64,000 nucleotides of DNA from Clostridiaceae bacterium (GTDB taxonomy: Bacteria; Bacillota; Clostridia; Acetivibrionales; DUMC01), in NCBI GenBank assembly GCA_012840075.1, contig DUMC01000126.1, forward strand, positions 30,594 to 94,593, read 5' to 3'. Below the pieces are notes generated by a model, which was not told the origin of the DNA, did not search any database, and saw nothing but the letters and a program-made list of their open reading frames with translations. Shown here piece by piece: positions 28,809 to 36,850 of this stretch. Positions within the stretch are counted from its first letter, which is position 1, and the number at the start of each line of letters is the position of its first letter. The translations under genes and the position numbers were made by a program.

Positions 28809-29237
28809 ATGAATGTTTATATGTTAAATAATAATGCTTATATAATAAATAATCATGAAAACGGTGTAAAAAAATTTGAAAAAAAAAGAAATATAACTTG
28901 TATTATATGTCCTCAAGGATGTAATCTTGAAGTATGGTATAATGAAAATAACGAAGTTAAAGAAATCAAAGGATACTCTTGCAAAAGAGGGTTGGAATAT
29001 GGGTGGAATGAAAGCACCAACCCTGTAAGGATGCTAACCACTACCATACAGATAGACGGGGGTAAGCTTCCTGTAGTACCGGTTAAATCAAACAAACCTT
29101 TGCCGAAGGATTTGTTATTTGAATGTATGAATGTTATTAGAAAAGTGCAGTTAAAGGCACCGGTAAGAGCAGGCGAGGTAGTGATAAAAAACATCCTGAA
29201 CACAGGTGTGGATATTGTGACAACCAGGGATATGTGA
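28809..29237 (+). CDS. DUF1667 domain protein (third component typically found with GlpA-like and NAD(P)/FAD oxidoreductase pairs)
   Basis: 142 aa. Cys cluster ITCIICPQGCNLEV...YSCKRG near the N-terminus, typical of DUF1667. Possible alternative start at ATG 28821. Confidence 0.7.
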   Translation: MNVYMLNNNAYIINNHENGVKKFEKKRNITCIICPQGCNLEVWYNENNEVKEIKGYSCKRGLEYGWNESTNPVRMLTTTIQIDGGKLPVVPVKSNKPLPKDLLFECMNVIRKVQLKAPVRAGEVVIKNILNTGVDIVTTRDM

Positions 29238-29428
29238 GAAAATAATAAATTGGGAGAGAATAACAAATAACAGGATTGCGAGTTATCATCTTTTATTAAA
29301 AACTATTAACTTTTATTAAGCATTTGCTATATTATCTCTTGCTAAAAGTTATTATCTCTAACCGGTGTGCATGAAAGAACATGAATACAAAAGTATATAA
29401 AATATATACGAAAAACAGGAGGATTTTT

Positions 29429-30619
29429 ATGGATACTTTAAAAGACAATGTTGAAAATGTGTTACTCTTAAGCCCGGAAGAACTGGCAGGAATATCTTTC
29501 AGGTGTACCTGCGGTAAGGAACACTCTGTGGACATTAAAAAGATTATAATAGAAAAAGGAGCTGTAAATAAAGTTCCTGAAATAGCAGCACCTTTTAAGG
29601 ATGGAAAACTCTTTTTGGTTGCTGATAATAATACATACAGGGTAGCAGGACAAGCAGTAGAGGAAATGCTGAAGAATAAGAACTTCAATGTTTACTCCTT
29701 TGTTTTTAACACACCTCATGAGTTAGTACCGGATGTGTCAACTCTTGGAAGACTTCTTGTAGAGATTGAACTTGGAACGTCACTAATTGTAGCAGTAGGT
29801 TCCGGTGTGATTAATGACATGTGCAGATACCTGGCATACAAGCTTGAAATTCCTTATATAATCGTGGGAACGGCTCCTTCCATGGACGGATATGCATCGG
29901 TCGTAACCCCTACAATAGTTGACGGCATAAAAGCTACATTAGGTGGAGTTTATCCTTATGCAATTATCGGAGATATAGACATATTGAAAAATGCTCCTAT
30001 GAGAATGCTTTATGCGGGTTTTGGAGATATTCTCGGAAAGGTAAATGCCTTGGCAGACTGGAATCTTGCAAGAATATTGCGCGACGAGGAATACTGCGAT
30101 ATTTGCGCAGGATTAGTTAAGAACGCACTTAAAAAATGTATAGATAATATTGATGGGATTAAGAACAGAGAAGAGAATGCCATAAAATACTTGATGGAAG
30201 CGCTGGTTATAGCAGGCGTTGCAATGGGTATGTTCGGAAACTCAAGACCTGCTTCCGGAGCAGAACACCACTTTGCTCACTATTGGGATGAGGATGCCAT
30301 AGCAAGAGGTGCAGAGCATCCTTTACATGGAAATTCGGTAGGCGTAGGGACTGTGGTTGCGGCAGAACAGTATAAAATTATAAAAGACAAAGTTCCGGAG
30401 GGAGTTGAAATGCCGGATCCGGAAGAAGTTACGAGTTTACTCAAAAGGCTGGGAGCATGGCATAATCCTGCAGATTTAGGAATAAGCAAGGACCTTTTTA
30501 GGCGAAGTATTTTGCATTCAAAAGATTCAAGACCTAAATTTACAAGCTCTCATTATGCGGGAGAGCTAGGTATGCTGGAGGAAATAGCGGAAATATTGAC
30601 TAAAAAGTTTTATGAATAA
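29429..30619 (+). CDS. sn-glycerol-1-phosphate dehydrogenase-like iron-type alcohol dehydrogenase (AraM/EgsA family, Fe-ADH_2)
   Basis: Start trimmed to ATG 29429 (AGGAGG, then 6 nt). Motifs VAVGSGVINDMCRYLAYKLEIPYIIVGTAPSMDGYAS, PASGAEHHFAHYWDE and HPLHGNSVGVG match the G1P dehydrogenase branch of group-III ADHs as I recall it. Confidence 0.65.
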   Translation: MDTLKDNVENVLLLSPEELAGISFRCTCGKEHSVDIKKIIIEKGAVNKVPEIAAPFKDGKLFLVADNNTYRVAGQAVEEMLKNKNFNVYSFVFNTPHELVPDVSTLGRLLVEIELGTSLIVAVGSGVINDMCRYLAYKLEIPYIIVGTAPSMDGYASVVTPTIVDGIKATLGGVYPYAIIGDIDILKNAPMRMLYAGFGDILGKVNALADWNLARILRDEEYCDICAGLVKNALKKCIDNIDGIKNREENAIKYLMEALVIAGVAMGMFGNSRPASGAEHHFAHYWDEDAIARGAEHPLHGNSVGVGTVVAAEQYKIIKDKVPEGVEMPDPEEVTSLLKRLGAWHNPADLGISKDLFRRSILHSKDSRPKFTSSHYAGELGMLEEIAEILTKKFYE

Positions 30620-30994
30620 GAAAGGTTTATAAAAAGGAAGAATTATGGACAAGAAAGATTTATGCATAAAAATCTATTTTTTTAAGCGAGTACTGTTAAT
30701 ATTACTAAATTTTTGCCGATAAATTCATTGAGAAAGACGAAGTAAAGTACATCAATTGCTAAGTACGTTAATTGTTGAATTACTTTTATGCCGTAGATGT
30801 GCGAAGTAATTTTATTAGCAGAAGTAATTTTATTAGCAAATGTACATTTATTTGTAAATGTATACATTTATTCGTTTGTGTATGGTAGTAAGTTTTAATT
30901 ATGGTTATAACCGTAAGATAAATTTTAATTATGGTTATAATAGTAGAGTAAATTTTAGGTTATAATGCCGGAAATCATTTAAACGGAGGATAAA

Positions 30995-31774
30995 ATGATT
31001 AGAGGACTGTATTCATCTGGCTGGAGCATGAAATTTAATACCAAAAGAATGGATGTAATCGCAAATAATTTGGCTAATGTAAACACAACCGGATTTAAAA
31101 GGGATATAACGGTTGCAGAAAGTTTTCCTGAAATGCTCACAAAAAGGCTTAATGACGTCCGCAGCCCCTCAAATCCGTCGGGAAGGATCGGTATGATGGA
31201 ATTAAGCAGTGATGTGGGGGAAATCTATACATACTACAATCAGGGTTCGCTGATAGCTACGAATAATAATTTGGATTTTTCCATACACGATAATGGAAAT
31301 TCATTTTTTACCATAGCTTTGATTAATGAACAGGGAGAAGTCGTTGAAGCATACACAAGAGACGGAGCATTCGTGATAAACGGCAATAACCTGCTTGTTA
31401 CAAAAGACGGTTATCCGGTAATGGGAGAAAACGGACCAATTACAATTTATGACAAAGGTTTTATCGTGGAAGAAGACGGAACAATAATACAGAACGGTGA
31501 AGTTACCGGTAGGTTTTTAATAAGAAGTTTCGTTGATCCAACAACTCTGCGCAAAGTTGGCAACAACTTGATTGTAGCTACGGAAGGATCACAAATCCAG
31601 CCATTTAACGGGACAATAAAACAAGGTTTTTTAGAACAATCAAATGTGAATGTGGTTAAAGAAATGGTAGATATGATAACCGTAATGCGTGCGTATGAAG
31701 CCAGCCAGAAAATGGTCCAGATTCAAGATGAAACTTTGGGTAAGGCTGTTAACGAAATAGGTAGAGTAGGCTAA
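30995..31774 (+). CDS. flagellar basal-body rod protein (FlgF/FlhO-type)
   Basis: 259 aa. ACGGAGGA RBS. N-terminal rod signature RMDVIANNLANVNTTGFKRD and C-terminal LEQSNVNVVKEMVDMITVMRAYEASQKMVQ. Confidence 0.85.
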   Translation: MIRGLYSSGWSMKFNTKRMDVIANNLANVNTTGFKRDITVAESFPEMLTKRLNDVRSPSNPSGRIGMMELSSDVGEIYTYYNQGSLIATNNNLDFSIHDNGNSFFTIALINEQGEVVEAYTRDGAFVINGNNLLVTKDGYPVMGENGPITIYDKGFIVEEDGTIIQNGEVTGRFLIRSFVDPTTLRKVGNNLIVATEGSQIQPFNGTIKQGFLEQSNVNVVKEMVDMITVMRAYEASQKMVQIQDETLGKAVNEIGRVG

Positions 31775-31813
31775 GTTTAAATAATTTAATATGAAAGGAA
31801 GGAAATAAGCCTT

Positions 31814-32620
31814 ATGATGAGAGCTCTTTGGACTGCAGGTACAGGAATGACCGCACAACAATTTAACGTTGACGTTATTTCAAATAACCTTGCAAATGTA
31901 AATACAACTGCATATAAAAAGGAACGGGTTGAATTCAAGGATTTGTTATATGAAACTTTGAGCAGGGCTTATATTCTTGAAGGCAGGGGTGTACCTGTAA
32001 ATTTACAAGTGGGCCATGGAGCCGTTCCTGCAGCAGTAGTCAAAAATTTTGCAACAGGCAGTTTTGAAAAGACGGACAATCCTTTTGACTTTGCCATCGA
32101 CGGAAACGGATTCTTTTGCGTATTAGGTCCAAATGATGAGATGTTATATACTCGTGATGGTAGCTTTAAGATAAGTGTTACAAATCAAGGTAAAATGTTG
32201 ACAACTTCCGATGGTTATCCTGTCTTAGACGAATACGGCATGGAGATTATATTCGATTTTGATCTCGATTTGTCCAAATTAATTGTCTCAGAAGACGGAG
32301 AATTAAGTTATACGGATGAAGAGGGAATAGTTATACCATTAGGTCAAAGAATAGGTATAGTTGATTTTGAAAACAGAAACGGATTGGAAAGCGTCGGAAA
32401 GAACTTGTATGCCAGAACGGCTGCATGCGGTGAGATTATTTATAATGAAGATTTGATAGATAAAAGTACGTTACGTCAACGATATCTGGAAACTTCTAAT
32501 GTACAGGTAGTTGAAGAAATGGTAAAATTAATAGTGGCTCAAAGAGCTTACGAACTCAATTCGAAAGCAATACAATTATCTGATGAAATGATTGGGATGG
32601 CAAATAATCTTAAGAGATAA
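31814..32620 (+). CDS. flgG: flagellar basal-body rod protein FlgG (FlhP-type)
   Basis: 268 aa. MMRALWTAGTGMTAQQFNVDVISNNLANVNTTAYKKERVEFKDLLY and C-terminal LETSNVQVVEEMVKLIVAQRAYELNSKAIQ are canonical FlgG termini. Confidence 0.9.
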   Translation: MMRALWTAGTGMTAQQFNVDVISNNLANVNTTAYKKERVEFKDLLYETLSRAYILEGRGVPVNLQVGHGAVPAAVVKNFATGSFEKTDNPFDFAIDGNGFFCVLGPNDEMLYTRDGSFKISVTNQGKMLTTSDGYPVLDEYGMEIIFDFDLDLSKLIVSEDGELSYTDEEGIVIPLGQRIGIVDFENRNGLESVGKNLYARTAACGEIIYNEDLIDKSTLRQRYLETSNVQVVEEMVKLIVAQRAYELNSKAIQLSDEMIGMANNLKR

Positions 32621-32849
32621 TGACGGTAGTTAGGTATTTATCTTAGTAATCTTAAGAGATAGTAGCGGTAGTTAGGTATTTGTTTTAGTGTCTTAGTAGT
32701 TACCTTAATTATTAGAATTAATAGAGTAATTATTAATTAATAGAGTGAATTATGCAGTTATAAAAATAGAGTGAATTATATATACAAACTATATATAAAA
32801 TAGAAGAGATAGGATTGCCCACATAAGATAAAAGACAAGGGATGAAGTT

Positions 32850-33323
32850 ATGAGTATAACGGGATCAGGATTTGATTCAAGCCTTTATAAATATTATGAT
32901 TTATTGAAGTTCAAAAACCCCGGAATGGGCACGGTTGGTTCCGTTGGGAATAATGCGGGTTACCATAAGAATAGTAATATTGCCGGTGTAGAGACTGGGA
33001 TGCAAGGTTTACCGGATGAAACCGAATTTGAGGCCAAGTTAAGACGTGCCATGGAGCAGAAGGATGAAAAGGCTCTTAAAGAAGCTTGCCTTGGCATGGA
33101 AGAATTGTTTTTAAATATGATGTATAGGCAGATGAAGGCAACAATACATAAATCAGGTCTGATTCCGGAAAGTGTAAGCAATGATATAATTCAGTCGATG
33201 TTTGATGAAGTGCTGATAAAGGAAGCTACAAAATCCAGAAGCATAGGAATAGCTGATATGATGTACAAGCAACTGTGCAAGCAAATGAATAATGTTTATA
33301 AAAAAGAGATAACGGAAGATTAG
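32850..33323 (+). CDS. flagellar rod-binding protein (FlgJ N-terminal-domain-like; no muramidase domain)
   Basis: 157 aa. The rod-binding block LKEACLGMEELFLNMMYRQMKATI ... DIIQSMFDEVLIKEATKSRSIGIADMMYKQL resembles the FlgJ N-terminal (Rod-binding) domain. Confidence 0.65.
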   Translation: MSITGSGFDSSLYKYYDLLKFKNPGMGTVGSVGNNAGYHKNSNIAGVETGMQGLPDETEFEAKLRRAMEQKDEKALKEACLGMEELFLNMMYRQMKATIHKSGLIPESVSNDIIQSMFDEVLIKEATKSRSIGIADMMYKQLCKQMNNVYKKEITED

Positions 33324-33585
33324 GAATTAAAATTTAGTAATTAACATATGGAATTAGCATTTAGGAATTTAACATTCAGCAATTCAGCACCGGGCATTGT
33401 GCAATCTGCATGCAGCAAACAAAATTAGCGTGGAACAATATACTAGCTTTAAAATATATATAAGATATATAATAAGAGACTTATAATACATATAAGATAT
33501 ACATTTATATATACATACATAAGATATACCTATGCATATAAACTAAAGATTTCAAAATATGTATATTCAAAATATATATACGCAC

Positions 33586-33617
33586 AAAGCAGCTAAAATG
33601 CTGCTTTTTTGTATTTT
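33586..33617 (+). terminator. intrinsic terminator downstream of the flagellar rod gene trio
   Basis: AAGCAGC-TAAAAT-GCTGCTT hairpin (33587-33606) followed by TTTTTTGTATTTT. Confidence 0.7.
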
Positions 33618-33621
33618 GAAG

Positions 33622-33960
33622 AGGGTGCATTTAAAAACTATAAAGAAATGTTAAACAGAGACTGATCTCACGATGCATAGGATGATTTTACGCTGCATAG
33701 GAGTTATATGAATAGGGCTTATATGTGGGCTTATATGTGTAGGCTTATGTGTAGGCTTATACATGGAGCTTCTGAATTCAGCTTTTAGCAATATCAATCT
33801 GGCAGAATTTCTGACAAAATCAATCTAGTAGGTAGTATTCTAGTAGTATTCAATCTAATAGTATTTAATGGCGATTTTGCCCGAAGCTGAATTTAGATGC
33901 TCTAAACACCGGAACATCAGCCTTTGGCAAATATTTCTTCACATTTGTTAAATGCACCCT
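33622..33960. repeat. 339-bp non-coding segment bounded by perfect 13-bp terminal inverted repeats (MITE-like)
   Basis: AGGGTGCATTTAA at 33622-33634 and its exact reverse complement TTAAATGCACCCT at 33948-33960. Inner inverted pair GAGCTTCTGAATTCAGCTTTT against AAGCTGAATTTAGATGCTC. No ORF. Related end sequences occur at 12041-12069. Confidence 0.35.
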
Positions 33961-34238
33961 TTAGACAACAATTAGTTGATGAAAGTACATAAAAGAAGTA
34001 TAATTGTGGTAAGCAGTATGAGTATAATTATAATACAATTTAATATTATTACAACGAAATATTGTACAATGTGATCATGATCATTGCAGAATGTAATATT
34101 GTAAAAATGTAACTTCTTTAGTATAAAGTAATGTAGATTGCAACATATATAGAAACATTGTGCAGATTGTAACAGGTATAAAACATTATCGCAGTGGATA
34201 TGAAAACTTTACGGAATAAAGACGGGCAAAGGTGCTAA

Positions 34239-35606
34239 ATGACGAAGCCGGATAAAATATTTACGAAATTAAAAAATATTATTCAATTAAACAAGATAAA
34301 AAATACTATTCAATTAAAGAAAAAGGGAACAAAAGAGGAAAAAGAAGCAATAAAAACTGTAAAGAGACCAAGTGTTTTGAATTTATATTTTTTACAAATA
34401 TTTAATATACCTAGGATGTTTAAGAAACGTGCCCGTATTATCATGATTTTTACGGTACTGGTACTCTTTATAAGTGGAAGCATATTGCTGATAAATATTA
34501 TTGAGCTATTCAATACCGACAATAATGCCCGAAAGGCAAAAGACGGCATAAATGCAAATGATAGCAATTCTAATTCAAATCAATTAAAAGATATCGAAGA
34601 GCTCATAGTTCATAAAACAATTATTACGAAAATTAACGGTTTAGAGCAAGTTATCAATATTCTTGAAGCGGATCTCAGCACAGGTCAAGCTAAGGTGAAA
34701 CCGGTACTATCTCATGACAGCCTTTTTGGATTTGAATTTTTATCTCAGATGGCAGAAAGGCATGGAGCGTATGCTGCAGTTAACGGAGGATTTTTCTATG
34801 AATACGGTGAGCCGTCAGGCATGGTTGTAATAGATGGAGAGATCTTTACGGGTTCTACAGGTGAATATCCGGTTTTTATTGTTAGCAATAGCAAGGCAGA
34901 ACTTAAACAATTTAAAACAGAATTATACCTAACGGCTGATAGAGACGATGCAGACTGTTTAAGGCTGGATAATATCAATGTAGCCGGAAAGCCGGGAGAG
35001 TGGATTTTGTATACTCGAAGATATGGTATGGATAATAGAGTTAAGCAGGATAACATTACTATAGTCATAGAAAATGGCATTGTTAAGAAAATTATTGAAT
35101 CTAATGAAGAGACCCAGATACCGAAAGAAGGTATGTTAGCTACATATATAAAGCCACAGGGACAGAAGTCAACCTTGCCGGTTGAAGTGACTATACCGTT
35201 CAAAATAGGTGAAAGAGTTAAATTTGAATACAGACCAAATTTAGGAACAGATTGGCAGGCATACGAGTGCGGAAGCTGGATAGTAAGAGATGGTGAAATA
35301 GTTATTGGTGAGAAGGATCCCTGGGTTGGAGTGTTAACAAACAGAGACCCAAGGACTGCCATTGGGATAAAAGAAAGCGGTGAAGTTGTACTCATCACAG
35401 TAGACGGGAGACAACCTGGTTATAGCTATGGGTTTACAGCCCAAGAGCTAGGAGAATTTTTAATTGAATATGGAGTGAAAGATGCTGCCATGCTTGATGG
35501 AGGTGCATCAACGGAAATGATAATTAAGGGGGAATTAGTTAACAGACCTTCCTTCAGGGGCTCAGAAAGGCCGCTGGCCGGAGGGATTATTATACAGGTA
35601 GAATAA
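34239..35606 (+). CDS. phosphodiester glycosidase family protein (NAGPA/DUF2233 domain), membrane-anchored
   Basis: 455 aa. AAAGGTG RBS. TM helix IIMIFTVLVLFISGSILLINII. C-terminal block PRTAIGIKESGEVVLITVDGRQPGYSYGFTAQELGEFLIEYGVKDAAMLDGGASTEM typical of the family. Confidence 0.75.
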   Translation: MTKPDKIFTKLKNIIQLNKIKNTIQLKKKGTKEEKEAIKTVKRPSVLNLYFLQIFNIPRMFKKRARIIMIFTVLVLFISGSILLINIIELFNTDNNARKAKDGINANDSNSNSNQLKDIEELIVHKTIITKINGLEQVINILEADLSTGQAKVKPVLSHDSLFGFEFLSQMAERHGAYAAVNGGFFYEYGEPSGMVVIDGEIFTGSTGEYPVFIVSNSKAELKQFKTELYLTADRDDADCLRLDNINVAGKPGEWILYTRRYGMDNRVKQDNITIVIENGIVKKIIESNEETQIPKEGMLATYIKPQGQKSTLPVEVTIPFKIGERVKFEYRPNLGTDWQAYECGSWIVRDGEIVIGEKDPWVGVLTNRDPRTAIGIKESGEVVLITVDGRQPGYSYGFTAQELGEFLIEYGVKDAAMLDGGASTEMIIKGELVNRPSFRGSERPLAGGIIIQVE

Positions 35607-35871
35607 AATAGGAAAAATATGCAGCTATGTGCGCCTATATGCGCTGTAATGTTATTATCGGTTATAATCTATGGTTGAATCTTATAATCTATGGTTGAAC
35701 CAATATCTATAAGGTATTTCAATACATTGTTTCATTTTTCATTTTCATTAATATTAACAAAGATCATTATGATTATTAATGGAGATTAATTATTAGTAGG
35801 GATCAACTACTAATAGAGATCAACATGGTAATTGATTACCTATTTTACTAGAAAGGAAGTGTGAAGAAAAT

Positions 35872-36516
35872 ATGAAAGTATATTTAAACTGGACAGTGGG
35901 TCCAAAAGATACGAAAGATTCTCCTGTAATTGAAGAAGTGCCGGCTAGTGTTCCTGGGTGTGCTCAGCTTGATTATGCCAATTTTCACAATTGGGGTGAT
36001 TACAATTACGGTCAGAATGCAAGAAAATTCGATGGGTTAGAGGATAAATTCTGGCTTTATAAAGCCAATGTGGAGCTACCTTCCGATATAGAAGGAAAAG
36101 ACATTTTTTTGGTTGCTAAAGGAATTGATTATGAATTTGAGATTATATTAAACCAGGAAGTGCTCTGGTATCAAGAAGGAATGTTTACTCCCGTAGAAAT
36201 TGATGTTACCGACAAAATAAAAAACGGTGATATTATAGAAGTTTTGGTCTATCCTGCTCCGAAACGCAAAGGTGCCAAGCCGCGTGACCGTCAAGAAGCT
36301 GATCAATCCTGCAAACCAGCAGTAAGTTATGGATGGGATTGGCATCCATATCTTGTAGTGTTGGGTATATGGGACGAATTCTATATTGATATAAGGGAAA
36401 AAGAACGTATTGAAAGTTGCGAAATGTTTTATAGATTATCCGAAGATTTCTCTACAGCCTTTATAGACAGGGGGACGGTTCTTTTGTCTAAGGTTAGACA
36501 ACAAGATGGTTCTTAA
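35872..36516 (+). pseudogene. truncated glycoside hydrolase family 2 gene (beta-mannosidase-like N-terminal sugar-binding domain only)
   Basis: 214 codons. GH2 N-terminal features (DKFWLYKANVELP, FLVAKGIDYEFEIILNQ, VSYGWDWHPYLVVLGIWDEFYID). No Ig-like or TIM-barrel domains follow. The last ~17 codons ([17 protein letters not shown]) are translated from Family-A repeat DNA starting at 36464. Confidence 0.6.
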
Positions 36517-36698
36517 GGAATCATTTGGAAGTTTCGCACATGAAGACGGAAGAATCGTCTGCTTGTCTTAGAAGAACCGTCCCATTATCTTTCTCCTTCA
36601 TCATGCCTCACCAAAGACAAGAGAACCGTCCCTGTGTCTCAGAGAGACAAGAGAACCGTCCCCTTGTCTCAAGAACCGTCCCCCTGTCTCAAAAAAAA
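36464..36698. repeat. Family-A repeat cluster arranged as a large imperfect palindrome (about 6 copies)
   Basis: Plus-oriented copies at 36464-36490 (TAGACAGGGGGACGGTTCTTTTGTCTA) and 36494-36518 (degenerate). Minus-oriented copies at about 36565-36584, 36614-36640 (AAGACAAGAGAACCGTCCCTGTGTCTC), 36644-36670 (GAGACAAGAGAACCGTCCCCTTGTCTC: 8-bp stem, 11-nt loop) and 36671-36690. The cluster ends in A8 (36691-36698). Confidence 0.8.
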
Positions 36699-36850
36699 CT
36701 ATGTTCAAGTATAACATTTTCATGTTATAATATAACATAGGTGTGTTATATTTATAAGTAAAAGATATAATGCATAAACAGAACAAATGCGAAAAATTAA
36801 ATTAGACAGAAATTTATTTAATAATTAATATAATACGAGGAGTTGGTCAA

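Noticed and set aside
34796-35398. Long antisense ORFs inside well-supported genes: 34796..35398(-) 200 aa, 44239..44775(-) 178 aa, 7898..8422(-) 174 aa, 20953..21411(+) 152 aa, 48103..48540(-) 145 aa, 62012..62425(-) 137 aa, and many shorter ones.
   Set aside because: Each lies fully within a conserved CDS on the other strand. They have low-complexity or odd composition (S/P/I/F-rich), lack SD sequences, and have no recognisable motifs. They are typical shadow ORFs.
36525-36786. Track ORFs 36525..36740(+) and 36601..36786(-) (…QENRPCVSERQENRPLVSRTVPLS…).
   Set aside because: They are encoded entirely by Family-A repeat copies. They have repetitive translation, no SD, and overlap each other on opposite strands.
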